In this document: positions 20,187 to 29,803 of the stretch, piece by piece | How the letters are laid out: every line of letters starts with the position of its first letter | How positions within the stretch are numbered: the first letter of the stretch is position 1 | Assembly (NCBI GenBank): GCA_035285545.1 | Contig: JAYKGY010000030.1 | Location: 1-29,923, forward strand | Direction: 5' to 3' | Length of the DNA: 29,923 nt | Source of the DNA: Snowella sp. | GTDB lineage: Bacteria; Cyanobacteriota; Cyanobacteriia; Cyanobacteriales; Microcystaceae | The notes under the pieces: generated by a model | The model's database searches: none | What the model was told of the DNA's origin: nothing | Seen by the model: the letters and a program-made list of their open reading frames with translations, nothing else | Made by a program: the position numbers and the translations under genes

Positions 20187-20669
20187 TTAAACTAGGCGAG
20201 TATTCGGTCGCTTTGGGGGAATGGGTAGCTTTTTCACCTTATCTTGAATCAACGTTTTAACGTCCTTACAGTCAACTTCTTTGACTTCTACGGTATTTCC
20301 CTTTTTATTAAAAAAGATCAAACTGTCTAATTCTTCTTCGGGAATCGTGAGAATCTGAAAAATGAGCGGGGCAACTTCAACACTCATTAATGACATGGTT
20401 TGTGGATCAAAATCTGGATGAGATTCCGCGATCGCCGCTGTCGGAAAGGCAAAAATTACCTTTCTGTAAACATTGGTTTTGAATCGGTGTTCAAGTACCG
20501 TCACCACGAACTCTTTTTCCTGACCTTGCCAAACATAGTAGTGAGAATGCTTAAGAAATTTGACGACTCGAATTAAACTAGGGACGATCGCTCGTTCCAT
20601 GACGATGGGGGACAGTCCAGCGGCCACCCCTTCATCAATGATTTTTTGGAGTTGTTGCTTTAACGTCAT
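20187..20669 (-). CDS. Hypothetical protein (160 aa), probably co-transcribed with the upstream RNase H-like gene
   Basis: Intact ORF 8 bp downstream of 20678..21946 on the same strand. No motif recognised with certainty. Confidence 0.75.
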   Translation of the reverse strand: MTLKQQLQKIIDEGVAAGLSPIVMERAIVPSLIRVVKFLKHSHYYVWQGQEKEFVVTVLEHRFKTNVYRKVIFAFPTAAIAESHPDFDPQTMSLMSVEVAPLIFQILTIPEEELDSLIFFNKKGNTVEVKEVDCKDVKTLIQDKVKKLPIPPKRPNTRLV

Positions 20670-20677
20670 AGGGAGGA

Positions 20678-21946
20678 TTAAGTGCGTTTTAGTTTGGCGG
20701 CGATCGCATTTAAAACCTGGGTGGCTAATTCAGGAATTTGGATCAATTCATACATGAATACCGCTTTTTCTTCTTCTGAAAAGTGTAAAAGCAGCGAAAT
20801 GGCCTGTTGCACGCGATCGCCTGAGGGCAACGTATCGCGACTATGATCACCCGTTCTTGAAGGGGCTTCTGCATTGACGGATCCCAACGTACTAAACGGA
20901 TCGGTAGCCTCCGTCATCGGCGAAAACAAAGACATAGCAGGCAAATTATCCACCTCGTTGGATAAGGTAAATACGGATTCCAGCGTATCCACAGGGGAAA
21001 CAATCGCAGAGGACGAAGCCGAATTTTGGGGTGGAGGATTTTTGAGTTCTGTACTTCTCATTTCTATACTGCCCATATCAATATTTTCGCCCAGAGAAAT
21101 AAAAGGCAAATAGGCATCTTCCTGTAATTGAGGATCATTGGGGAGAGTATCACGAGACCCCAGCAATTGACCCTCCCAAGGAAGTCGCTCAGAAGTTGGG
21201 GATTCATAGGATTGTCTTTCTAACGCCACCCGTCGAATCGCCATGTCCGGTGGTAACCCCCGCAAATACCAACGATACATCTGGGCAAGTTCTTCCTCAT
21301 CCCCTGTCCATTTGAGGGCAATTACATCCTGAATGGCAATGGGAACTAAAGGACGCAATTCGGTTAAGGTCTTTAGCGAAAAATGGTCTAATTCCTTGCC
21401 AATTTGCAGGAAATCCTGATCTGTCGCTTGCGGGCCTAACTGGATTAAACGGGCCACTTCTTCAGAAATAGAAACTGAGCCTCGACTCGTCGTGGGGGAC
21501 GGATGATCACGCCCCAAGGCTTCTTCAATACAACGACGCACCGCATTGCGGGCCGACCGATTTTGTTCAGCCGAAATCCATTCCACACTGGCCCGTTCAA
21601 ATTGACGCATTAATCGAATCACTTCGCGAAAAAGAATGCGAGATTTGTCGTTTTGAACATCCGTTAATCCATTAACCTGATTAAAAATAGTTTCGCTGTT
21701 CCCTTTTACCTCAATTGACTGAATTCCTAACTGGAGCGATTTGCGTAATCCAATCACTAATCCGTGATATTCAGCTTCTTCGGTTGTCGTAAACGACAGC
21801 AATTGACTGACTGTAAAGCGTTTTCCGTTGGGCATTAAAATAATGGCTGCTGCTGCTCCCTGTCCTTGTTCTCCGCGAGATTCCCCCGCAAATAGCATAA
21901 TGGGTAGAACGTTACCCTTGGGACTTTGGTTGTTAGGGTTAGACAT
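20678..21946 (-). CDS. RNase HI-like domain protein with degenerate catalytic residues and a long C-terminal extension
   Basis: FAGESRG, EAEYHGL, KGNSE-x-x-x-NQVNG and WI-x-x-EQN match the Ty1/archaeal-type RNase HI pattern. Followed by a helical domain (RWYLRGLPPDMAIRRV) and an S/P-rich tail. Confidence 0.8.
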   Translation of the reverse strand: MSNPNNQSPKGNVLPIMLFAGESRGEQGQGAAAAIILMPNGKRFTVSQLLSFTTTEEAEYHGLVIGLRKSLQLGIQSIEVKGNSETIFNQVNGLTDVQNDKSRILFREVIRLMRQFERASVEWISAEQNRSARNAVRRCIEEALGRDHPSPTTSRGSVSISEEVARLIQLGPQATDQDFLQIGKELDHFSLKTLTELRPLVPIAIQDVIALKWTGDEEELAQMYRWYLRGLPPDMAIRRVALERQSYESPTSERLPWEGQLLGSRDTLPNDPQLQEDAYLPFISLGENIDMGSIEMRSTELKNPPPQNSASSSAIVSPVDTLESVFTLSNEVDNLPAMSLFSPMTEATDPFSTLGSVNAEAPSRTGDHSRDTLPSGDRVQQAISLLLHFSEEEKAVFMYELIQIPELATQVLNAIAAKLKRT

Positions 21947-21992
21947 TGTAGGTTAATGCAGGGTAAGGAGTAATTAGGAGAGGATAATCAGA

Positions 21993-22673
21993 ATGGAACG
22001 AATTCTTGAACCCGAAGTGATGGATACGGAAGCCGAAGCGATGGAATATGACTCAATGGATTTTACCGTAGTCAATGCCGCTTTTGCCCAACGGGTGATG
22101 GAACTAGGCCCAGCAAACGGTCGAGTTCGAGTCTTAGACGCTGGCACTGGAACAGCCCGTATCCCCATTCTAATCGCTCAGGCGCGTCCGAGTTGGCAAA
22201 TTTTTGCCATTGATTTGGCTCAATCGATGTTAGCGATCGCCGAGAAAAATGTGATGAATGCCCACCTAGAACAACAAATCCGTTTAGAGTTTATTGACGT
22301 TAAACAATTACCCTACGCAGATTGTTCCTTTGACGGTGTTATTTCTAATAGTTTAGTTCATCATTTACCGGATCCTCTGCCTTTTTTCCAGGAATTAAAA
22401 CGGGTTCTAAAACCCAATGGCTTTCTGGTGCTACGGGATTTACTCCGCCCGGCAACTCCCGCGATCGCCGATGCCCTGGTGGCAACGATTGGCCCCGAAT
22501 ACAGTTCCCATCAAACCCAACTGTTTCGCGATTCCTTGTATGCGGCATTTACCATAGAAGAACTTCAGCAACTCGTCCAGAAAGCAGGCTTAAGCAATGT
22601 CAGGATTTATCCCTCGTCGGAACGCCATTGGACAATCGAGCGGGCCTACTCGGCGGGAAAGTCCATCATTTAA
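21993..22673 (+). CDS. Class I SAM-dependent methyltransferase
   Basis: VLDAGTGTARIP, IDLAQSML, FDGVISNSLVHH and RVLKPNG motifs. Confidence 0.92.
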   Translation: MERILEPEVMDTEAEAMEYDSMDFTVVNAAFAQRVMELGPANGRVRVLDAGTGTARIPILIAQARPSWQIFAIDLAQSMLAIAEKNVMNAHLEQQIRLEFIDVKQLPYADCSFDGVISNSLVHHLPDPLPFFQELKRVLKPNGFLVLRDLLRPATPAIADALVATIGPEYSSHQTQLFRDSLYAAFTIEELQQLVQKAGLSNVRIYPSSERHWTIERAYSAGKSII

Positions 22674-22723
22674 ACCCCACATTCCGCTAAAAACAGAATA
22701 TTTATACTATTCTTGATTGGGAA

Positions 22724-22831
22724 TTATCTAACCCTTAATTTTTCATCAATCAACCATTTTGCCATCATCAACAAGAGATAAATTACGGATAAATACATTC
22801 CTGCTAGTAGCAAGATTTTTAGCGGCATCAT
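22724..22831 (-). CDS. Candidate 35-aa single-TM microprotein
   Basis: MMPLKILLLAGMYLSVIYLLLMMAKWLIDEKLRVR*, preceded directly by purine-rich AAGGGAGGGAAAAGAGGA. One hydrophobic helix and a basic tail. Confidence 0.55.
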   Translation of the reverse strand: MMPLKILLLAGMYLSVIYLLLMMAKWLIDEKLRVR

Positions 22832-23349
22832 TCCTCTTTTCCCTCCCTTAAAATCTGTTTCAAAATCAACAATATTCTTGAAATCCGTACACAAAAACCT
22901 AGAACAAGCCCATCCGTTGGTCTTGCCCGCTTTTTTGGGAAATTTATTCACAGTAAAAACGAAAAAAAGAACAATAAAATGTCCAATTCTTCTTAATTAA
23001 TTGGATTCTTCAACCGTTTACCGCTATGGAACTCGTCCAGCCGATGAGCGACTGTTCACCGATTGAACGGATGTAACTAACAGAAGATTGCCCCCCATTG
23101 CGGATATTAGCCAAACCTGACCAACTCGCGCACACACCGAGTCAATTCCGAAGTAACAAACTTTTTTCGGAATTCTTGGGAAAAACTATCTCAAATCCTT
23201 AGATATAGCCTAACACAGGAAATGGTTCCATAGGAAAATTTTTAGTGATCGCCGCGACCCATTCACAGAAATATGAACGAGAAAGGATCTCAAACAGGGG
23301 AAACGATATTTTCGGGACTGGAAGGGTTATCTTAAAATAAGTATTAAAC

Positions 23350-23367
23350 TATGTAAACTTTCGTAAC
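23350..23367 (-). promoter_or_regulatory. Candidate HLR1 (RpaB-binding) direct repeat upstream of sds
   Basis: Minus strand GTTACGAA-ag-TTTACATA, one mismatch to (G/T)TTACA(T/A)(T/A)-N2-(G/T)TTACA(T/A)(T/A). Lies 25 bp upstream of the sds ATG. Confidence 0.6.
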
Positions 23368-23392
23368 GTCACCTGCCAGACCTGGCTAACCA

Positions 23393-24364
23393 ATGATCTC
23401 TAGCACCTCCCTCTTTGCCCCCGTTGACAATGATTTACGTCTGATGACGGACAATCTCAAACAGCTTATTAGTGCCCGTCACCCCATTCTCGGTGCGGCG
23501 GCAGAACACCTATTTGGGGCAGGAGGGAAACGATTACGACCCGCGATCGTCTTACTGGTTTCACGGGCGACCCTGCTCGATCAGGACATTACGCCCCGCC
23601 ATCGGCGCTTGGCTGAGATTACAGAAATGATCCATACCGCCAGTTTGGTTCATGATGATGTGGTGGATGAGGCCGAACTTCGTCGCAGTGTTCCGACCGT
23701 AAACAGCTTATTTGACAATCGCATTGCCGTTCTTGCCGGAGATTTCCTCTTTGCTCAATCCTCTTGGTATTTGGCTAATCTGGATAATTTACAAGTTGTA
23801 AAGTTATTATCTGAAGTGATTCGTGATTTTGCAGAAGGTGAAATTTTACAAAGCATTAATCGATTTGATATCAATATTTCCCTCGAATCCTATTTAGAGA
23901 AAAGTTATTACAAAACCGCTTCTTTAATTGCCAACAGTGCCAAAGCAGCCGGTATTTTAAGTGACGTTTCCGATGACGTTGCTGAGCAATTATATCACTA
24001 TGGGCGTGATCTCGGTTTAGCATTTCAGATTGTAGATGATATTCTTGATTTCACCTCCCCCACCGAAGTTCTGGGCAAACCCGCTGGCTCCGATTTAATC
24101 AGTGGCAATATTACCGCACCGGCCCTATTTGCCTTGGAAGAAAGTCCCTATTTAGCCACCCTCATCCAACGGGAATTTCGAGAAGCCGGAGATATTGAAA
24201 ATGCCTTACAAATTATCGCCGAGCACAATGGCATTGCCAGAGCCAGAGATTTAGCCGCTTATCATGCCAAATTAGCCGTCAAGCAATTAGAATGCCTCAA
24301 CCCGTCAGCCGCGTCCCATTCCCTCGTTGAATTAGCGGATTATGTTTTAAGTCGTTTGTATTAA
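23393..24364 (+). CDS. sds: Solanesyl diphosphate synthase
   Basis: GGKRLRP, EMIHTASLVHDDVVD, KTASL and FQIVDDILD (two DDxxD motifs). Confidence 0.95.
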   Translation: MISSTSLFAPVDNDLRLMTDNLKQLISARHPILGAAAEHLFGAGGKRLRPAIVLLVSRATLLDQDITPRHRRLAEITEMIHTASLVHDDVVDEAELRRSVPTVNSLFDNRIAVLAGDFLFAQSSWYLANLDNLQVVKLLSEVIRDFAEGEILQSINRFDINISLESYLEKSYYKTASLIANSAKAAGILSDVSDDVAEQLYHYGRDLGLAFQIVDDILDFTSPTEVLGKPAGSDLISGNITAPALFALEESPYLATLIQREFREAGDIENALQIIAEHNGIARARDLAAYHAKLAVKQLECLNPSAASHSLVELADYVLSRLY

Positions 24365-24433
24365 TCGGCTGTATTGATTAAGCGAATTGTCTGCTAAACT
24401 GACTTAGCAAAGAAATGTTTGGGAATCTGCTCA

Positions 24434-25330
24434 ATGGCCCTTATCATTAGCACCGTCAATATGAAAGGCGGCGTAGGAAAAACGACCCTCACCGTTAACC
24501 TGGCCACTTGCTTAGCAAAATATTATAAAAAACGGGTTCTAGTCTTAGATTTAGATGCTCAAATTAGTGCCACTTTGAGTCTAATGTCTCCCCATGAATT
24601 TGCCCAAACCCGTAAAAAACGCAAAACACTGAGTTATTTAATTGATAACGTTATTCAGCCGAATCCCCACAGTAAGTTAGATATTTTTGATATCATTTGT
24701 CCTGCGGTTTGTGATATTGAAGGCTTAGAATTATTGCCTGGAGATATTGAGCTTTATGATGAATATTTAGTCTCTGAAATGCTGCATAAGGAAGCGCAGT
24801 TAAACGAGAACTTGCAATTTGAAGCGGTGTGGAATCGATTTGAAGCCGTTTTAATTAAAAAAATTCTAGAGCCTGTTTTAGAGGAATATGATTTTGTGAT
24901 TATGGATTGTGCGCCGGGTTATAATTTATTAACTCGCAGTGGTATTGCTGCCAGTAATTTTTATCTCTTGCCTGCTCGTCCTGAGCCGTTATCAATCGTT
25001 GGTATTCAACTGTTAGAAAGACGGATTGCCAAACTGAAAGAAAGTCATAAAGCCTCAGATTCACCCTTAAATATTAATTTAATCGGTGTGGTATTTATTA
25101 TGTCAGGAGGGGGTCTGCTTAGCCGTTACTATAATCAAGTCATGCGACGGGTTAAGGAAGATTTTCAACCCCACCAATTGTTTGAGAATAATATTCCAAT
25201 GGATGTCAATGTTGCTAAGGCTGTAGATACTTTTACACCTGTCGTTACTGCGATGCCCAATACCCAAGGTTCTAAGGCATTTTTTAAATTTACGGAAGAA
25301 TTTTTACAGAAAATTTCGCGTTTTTCGTAA
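24434..25330 (+). CDS. ParA/Soj-family ATPase (no adjacent parB)
   Basis: Deviant Walker A NMKGGVGKTT, LDLDAQ and MDCAP. ATG at 24434 preferred. Confidence 0.92.
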   Translation: MALIISTVNMKGGVGKTTLTVNLATCLAKYYKKRVLVLDLDAQISATLSLMSPHEFAQTRKKRKTLSYLIDNVIQPNPHSKLDIFDIICPAVCDIEGLELLPGDIELYDEYLVSEMLHKEAQLNENLQFEAVWNRFEAVLIKKILEPVLEEYDFVIMDCAPGYNLLTRSGIAASNFYLLPARPEPLSIVGIQLLERRIAKLKESHKASDSPLNINLIGVVFIMSGGGLLSRYYNQVMRRVKEDFQPHQLFENNIPMDVNVAKAVDTFTPVVTAMPNTQGSKAFFKFTEEFLQKISRFS

Positions 25331-25401
25331 TCAATTTTGATTAAATAAGTAATCTTACAACCTATTCATTGAATAACAATGCAGATACAATTTTCGCTAC
25401 T

Positions 25402-25451
25402 ATCCTCCCTAGCCCCCCTTAATAAGGTGGGAAGACATAGGCAGGGGGGAT
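25402..25451. repeat. GC-rich palindromic short dispersed (REP-like) element
   Basis: Outer stem ATCCTCCCT / AGGGGGGAT and inner stem CCCCCCTT-AAT-AAGGTGGG. Resembles the CCCCCCTAGCCCCCCTT...AAGGGGGG elements common in cyanobacterial intergenic DNA. Confidence 0.6.
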
Positions 25452-25454
25452 AAA

Positions 25455-25739
25455 ATGGCTGGACAGGATCAAACCCACCCCCAGGAAAGAAAAGATAGTG
25501 AAATTATCGATCGCCTACTAAGAAGCCAACCTGAACCGAGAAATTTAGCGGATTTGGCTCGATTGTTAATTCGGTATCGTGGTTTTCCTGGTGCTAGAGA
25601 AACTCAACGCAATTTAAGACTGGTACTCCAGCAATGGCAGTTAACGGAAGAAAATTTATTTGAACAAACTCGTCAATTGTATGCAACAGGTCAGGTTTAT
25701 CAAAAAAAGAAAGGGGAAGAAGAGCAGGATTGGAGTTGA
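25455..25739 (+). CDS. DUF3288 family protein
   Basis: QTHPQ, NLADLARLLIRYRGFPGAR, WQLTEENLF and terminal DWS motifs. Confidence 0.88.
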   Translation: MAGQDQTHPQERKDSEIIDRLLRSQPEPRNLADLARLLIRYRGFPGARETQRNLRLVLQQWQLTEENLFEQTRQLYATGQVYQKKKGEEEQDWS

Positions 25740-25913
25740 TGAGACAGCTTGCAGGAATCCGAAGGAAGATTTCGCTTTGGCAATTCTTCATAGTTTATTT
25801 ATTTTGACGTAATTCATACAAAAAATTGATTTCTGTAAGAAAAGCCAAGTTGTTTTTCTGCCCTATTACTGGCTCTCTACGACTTTATCAGTTTTTTTCG
25901 CTAGGCTTAAAAT

Positions 25914-25927
25914 GTAGCGATTTATAC
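25914..25927. promoter_or_regulatory. Candidate NtcA binding site upstream of gdhA
   Basis: GTA-GCGATTTA-TAC (GTA-N8-TAC) about 110 bp upstream of the gdhA ATG, immediately after a TAAAAT hexamer (25908-25913). Confidence 0.65.
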
Positions 25928-26035
25928 TGTTTGGTGGTTTAATGGAGGTAGAGGCTGCTACTAAAACGTGAATTAATAACCATTCGCCGCGATCGCGTTA
26001 GGACGGCCTACCTATAACTTAGGAGCGTAATCTCC

Positions 26036-27337
26036 ATGTCTGAATCCCTTTCCCTGCTATCCGATGCTAGTAAACGGTTAGAAAAAGCCATTAAATATGT
26101 GGGAATTTCGGAAGATGCGAGTGCCCGATTGAAGTATCCGAAAACGAGTCTCAGTGTTTCTATTCCGGTGCGGATGGATGACGGTTCCCTGCGAATTTTT
26201 CAAGGTTATCGAGTTCGCTACGATGACACCAGAGGGCCCGGAAAAGGAGGTGTTCGTTATCACCCCAATGTCAATATGGATGAGGTGCAATCCCTCGCAT
26301 TTTGGATGACCTTTAAATGTGCCCTGTTAAATCTGCCCTTTGGTGGGGCAAAAGGGGGAATTACCCTCAATCCCAAAGAACTTTCAAAACCAGAGTTAGA
26401 ACGGTTGAGTCGGGGTTATATTGACGCGATCGCTGACTTTATTGGGCCTGATATTGATATTTTGGCTCCTGATGTTTACACCAACGAAATGATCATGGGC
26501 TGGATGATGGATCAGTACAGTATTATCCGTCGTCAAATTAGCCCTGGAGTCGTGACAGGTAAACCGATTACGATGGGGGGCAGTCAAGGACGCAACACGG
26601 CAACGGGAACAGGAGCCTTCTTTATTTTGCAAGCCATGCTCCGTAAGTTTGATCGAGATCCGAAAAATACCGCGATCGCGGTTCAAGGGTTAGGCAACGC
26701 AGGCATGGTCATTGCAGAGCTTTTAGCCAATGCGGGCTATAAAATCGTGGCAGTCAGTGATTCCCAAGGCGGGATCTACAACGAAAAAGGCTTAGACATT
26801 CATAATATTATTCACTATAAACGGCAAAATCGGGCAATCACAGGATTATATTGCCAAGATACGGTTTGTAATTTAGGCGGAAATATTAATATTACCAATG
26901 AAGAACTATTAGCCCTAGATGTGGATGTTTTAGTTCCTGCTGCTTTAGAAAATCAAATTACGGAAGCCAACGCAGCCGATGTGAAAGCAAAATACATTTT
27001 TGAAGTAGCCAATGGCCCGATTACTTCCGATGCAGACGAAATTTTAAATAATAACGGAATTTACGTTTTTCCCGATATTTTGGTTAATGCAGGAGGGGTA
27101 ACCGTTAGTTACTTTGAATGGGTACAAAATCGCAGTGGTTTATATTGGAATCTGGCAGAAGTGAATGAACATTTACAACACAAAATGGTCGCTGAAGCCG
27201 AACAAGTCTGGAAAACCGCCGAAGAATTTGCCGTTCCCCTCCGTACTGCTGCCTATATCCACGCGCTCCATCGGTTGAGCGAAGCCTTAGATGCCAAAGG
27301 AACCAGGGATTATTATGTTAATCATCGCCAAGGATGA
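26036..27337 (+). CDS. gdhA: Glutamate dehydrogenase (Glu/Leu/Phe/Val dehydrogenase family)
   Basis: GPGKGGVRYHP, LPFGGAKGG, APDVYT, GLGNAG, EVANGP and NAGGVTVSYFEWVQN motifs. AGGAG RBS. Confidence 0.95.
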   Translation: MSESLSLLSDASKRLEKAIKYVGISEDASARLKYPKTSLSVSIPVRMDDGSLRIFQGYRVRYDDTRGPGKGGVRYHPNVNMDEVQSLAFWMTFKCALLNLPFGGAKGGITLNPKELSKPELERLSRGYIDAIADFIGPDIDILAPDVYTNEMIMGWMMDQYSIIRRQISPGVVTGKPITMGGSQGRNTATGTGAFFILQAMLRKFDRDPKNTAIAVQGLGNAGMVIAELLANAGYKIVAVSDSQGGIYNEKGLDIHNIIHYKRQNRAITGLYCQDTVCNLGGNINITNEELLALDVDVLVPAALENQITEANAADVKAKYIFEVANGPITSDADEILNNNGIYVFPDILVNAGGVTVSYFEWVQNRSGLYWNLAEVNEHLQHKMVAEAEQVWKTAEEFAVPLRTAAYIHALHRLSEALDAKGTRDYYVNHRQG

Positions 27338-27512
27338 AGCAGATAACGGCCTAATTTTTTGAAAATAGGTTCATAATTCATAAAAATTTAAATTAGCGTA
27401 AGCTGGAGAAATTGCCGAGTCTTTTAAGGCAGCTAAAATGCGGAATGACCTGCAAAAGTGTTACGATTTCCTTATTGAAGAAGAAACGTGATAAATAAGG
27501 AAGAAACGCTAC

Positions 27513-29666
27513 ATGCAAGAGTTTGAAAAGTCAATATCCTTTGACGGTCGGGATATTCGACTCAAGATTGGGATGCTCGCACCTCAAGCTGGGGGAGCCG
27601 TCTTAATTCAGTCAGGGGATACGGCAGTTTTAGTAACCGCAACCAGAGCCGCCGCGAGAGAAGGTATCGATTTTCTTCCCCTAACGGTTGATTATGAAGA
27701 GCGTCTTTATGCAGCAGGGCGTATTCCAGGGGGATTTTTGCGAAGGGAAGGTCGTCCACCCGAAAAGGCGATCTTAACAGGTCGTTTGATTGATCGTCCG
27801 CTTCGTCCCTTATTTCCCCAGTGGTTACGGGATGATATTCAGGTTGTTGCAACCACCTTATCTATGGATGAGGAAGTTCCGCCGGATGTTTTGGCCGTAA
27901 CGGGAGCATCTGTTGCCGTTCTTTTAGCCAAAATTCCCTTTTTAGGGCCAATGGCAGCAGTTCGAGTCGGTTTGGTGGGCGATGACTTTATTATTAATCC
28001 GACCTACCGAGAAATTAATCATGGAGATTTGGATCTTGTTGTCGCGGGAACCCCTGATGGGGTGGTGATGGTCGAAGCGGGCGCGAACCAATTACCGGAA
28101 CAGGACATTATCGAAGCGATCGACTTTGGTTATGAAGCTGTTCGAGATCTCATTGCGGCTCAACAGGAGTTGATCTCCCAGTTAGGTATTGAGCTTGCTG
28201 TTGCTGAACCACCCGTGGTTAATGAAGAGGTCACTCAGTTTATTTATGACCGCTCGGCTGAATCGATTAAGAAGATTTTATCTCAATTTGATTTGGGTAA
28301 AGACGGACGAGATAAGGCCCTTGATGAAATTAAAGAAACGGCTGTTGTTGCCGCGATCGCGGAATTACCGGAAGAAGATCCGCTCAAGGTCGCTGTCACC
28401 GAAAGTCCAAAACTGGTTTCTAACCTGTACAAAGATTTAACCAAAAAACTGATGCGCCGTCAGATTATCGAAGACGGGGTGCGCGTTGATGGTCGTAAAC
28501 TAGATGAAGTCCGACCGATTAGCTGTAAAGTCGGGGTTTTGCCGCCCCGTGTTCATGGCAGTGGTTTATTTAATCGCGGGTTAACTCAGGTCTTATCCTT
28601 AGCGACTTTGGGATCTCCTGGTGATGCTCAGGATCTCGGTGATGATCTCCATCCTGAAGACGAAAAACGCTACCTCCATCACTATAATTTCCCCCCTTAT
28701 TCGGTGGGTGAAACTCGTCCCATGCGATCGCCAGGTCGCCGTGAAATTGGCCATGGAGCCTTAGCAGAACGGGCGATTTTACCTGTATTACCGCCTCAAC
28801 ATCAGTTTCCCTACGTTTTACGGGTCGTTTCTGAAGTGCTTTCCTCAAACGGTTCGACCTCAATGGGATCGGTTTGTGGTTCGACCTTAGCCTTAATGGA
28901 TGCAGGGGTTCCCATTACCAAGCCCGTGAGTGGTGCAGCGATGGGATTGATCAAAGAAGGCGATGAAGTCCGCATTCTCACCGATATTCAAGGAATTGAA
29001 GATTTCTTGGGAGATATGGATTTCAAAGTTGCAGGAACCGATAGTGGTATCACTGCGCTCCAAATGGATATGAAGATTACGGGATTAGCAATGGATACGG
29101 TCGCCAAAGCCATTCAACAGGCCCGTCCTGCCCGACTCCATATTCTCGAAAAAATGCTGGCCACTCTGCCCAAACCTCGGCCCGAATTGTCACCCTTTGC
29201 CCCTCGGTTATTGACCATTAAGATCGATCCTGAATTAATCGGACTGGTTATTGGGCCTGGTGGTAAAACGATCAAAGGCATTACCGAACAAACGGGCTGT
29301 AAGATTGACATTGCCGATGATGGTACGGTAACGATCGCGTCCAATGAAGGCGAAAAAGCAGAAAAAGCGAAGCAGATTATCTACAACATGACCCGCAAAC
29401 TCAATGAAGGGGAAGTGTATGTGGGTCGAGTGACGCGCATTATCCAAATTGGAGCCTTTGTAGAAGTCCTACCCGGTAAAGAAGGCATGATCCACATTTC
29501 CCAACTGGCAGAAGGTCGGGTTGGTCGGGTGGAAGATGAAGTGGCCGTTGGCGATGAAGTGGTTGTCAAAGTCCGCGAGATTGATAACAAAGGTCGCTTG
29601 AACCTCACCCGTTTAGGCATCCATCCCGATGAAGCTGCGGCTGCTCGTCGTGCAATGGCTGGTTAA
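27513..29666 (+). CDS. pnp: Polyribonucleotide nucleotidyltransferase (PNPase)
   Basis: Two RNase PH domains ([33 protein letters not shown]), KH domain (IGPGGK) and S1 domain. Confidence 0.99.
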   Translation: MQEFEKSISFDGRDIRLKIGMLAPQAGGAVLIQSGDTAVLVTATRAAAREGIDFLPLTVDYEERLYAAGRIPGGFLRREGRPPEKAILTGRLIDRPLRPLFPQWLRDDIQVVATTLSMDEEVPPDVLAVTGASVAVLLAKIPFLGPMAAVRVGLVGDDFIINPTYREINHGDLDLVVAGTPDGVVMVEAGANQLPEQDIIEAIDFGYEAVRDLIAAQQELISQLGIELAVAEPPVVNEEVTQFIYDRSAESIKKILSQFDLGKDGRDKALDEIKETAVVAAIAELPEEDPLKVAVTESPKLVSNLYKDLTKKLMRRQIIEDGVRVDGRKLDEVRPISCKVGVLPPRVHGSGLFNRGLTQVLSLATLGSPGDAQDLGDDLHPEDEKRYLHHYNFPPYSVGETRPMRSPGRREIGHGALAERAILPVLPPQHQFPYVLRVVSEVLSSNGSTSMGSVCGSTLALMDAGVPITKPVSGAAMGLIKEGDEVRILTDIQGIEDFLGDMDFKVAGTDSGITALQMDMKITGLAMDTVAKAIQQARPARLHILEKMLATLPKPRPELSPFAPRLLTIKIDPELIGLVIGPGGKTIKGITEQTGCKIDIADDGTVTIASNEGEKAEKAKQIIYNMTRKLNEGEVYVGRVTRIIQIGAFVEVLPGKEGMIHISQLAEGRVGRVEDEVAVGDEVVVKVREIDNKGRLNLTRLGIHPDEAAAARRAMAG

Positions 29667-29705
29667 TTAATGCGATTAAGTTAGCTTTAATTGCAAATAA
29701 TTGAT

Positions 29706-29758
29706 AAAAGTTCAGAGTTCAGCGTTATTTTGTAATGCTTTGAATTTTGAACTTTTTT
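29706..29758 (+). terminator. Long hairpin terminator after pnp
   Basis: AAAAGTTCAGAGTTCA...TGAATTTTGAACTTTT stem with inner GCGTTA/TAATGC, followed by a T run. Confidence 0.8.
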
Positions 29759-29803
29759 ATTTCACATTAGCTTACTACTATCGAATTACTACCGAACGAT
29801 TAA

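Noticed and set aside
25328..25343. Palindrome TAATCAA-TT-TTGATTA at the parA stop as a parS site
   Set aside because: It does not match the parS consensus, no parB is nearby, and an AT-rich palindrome can arise by chance.
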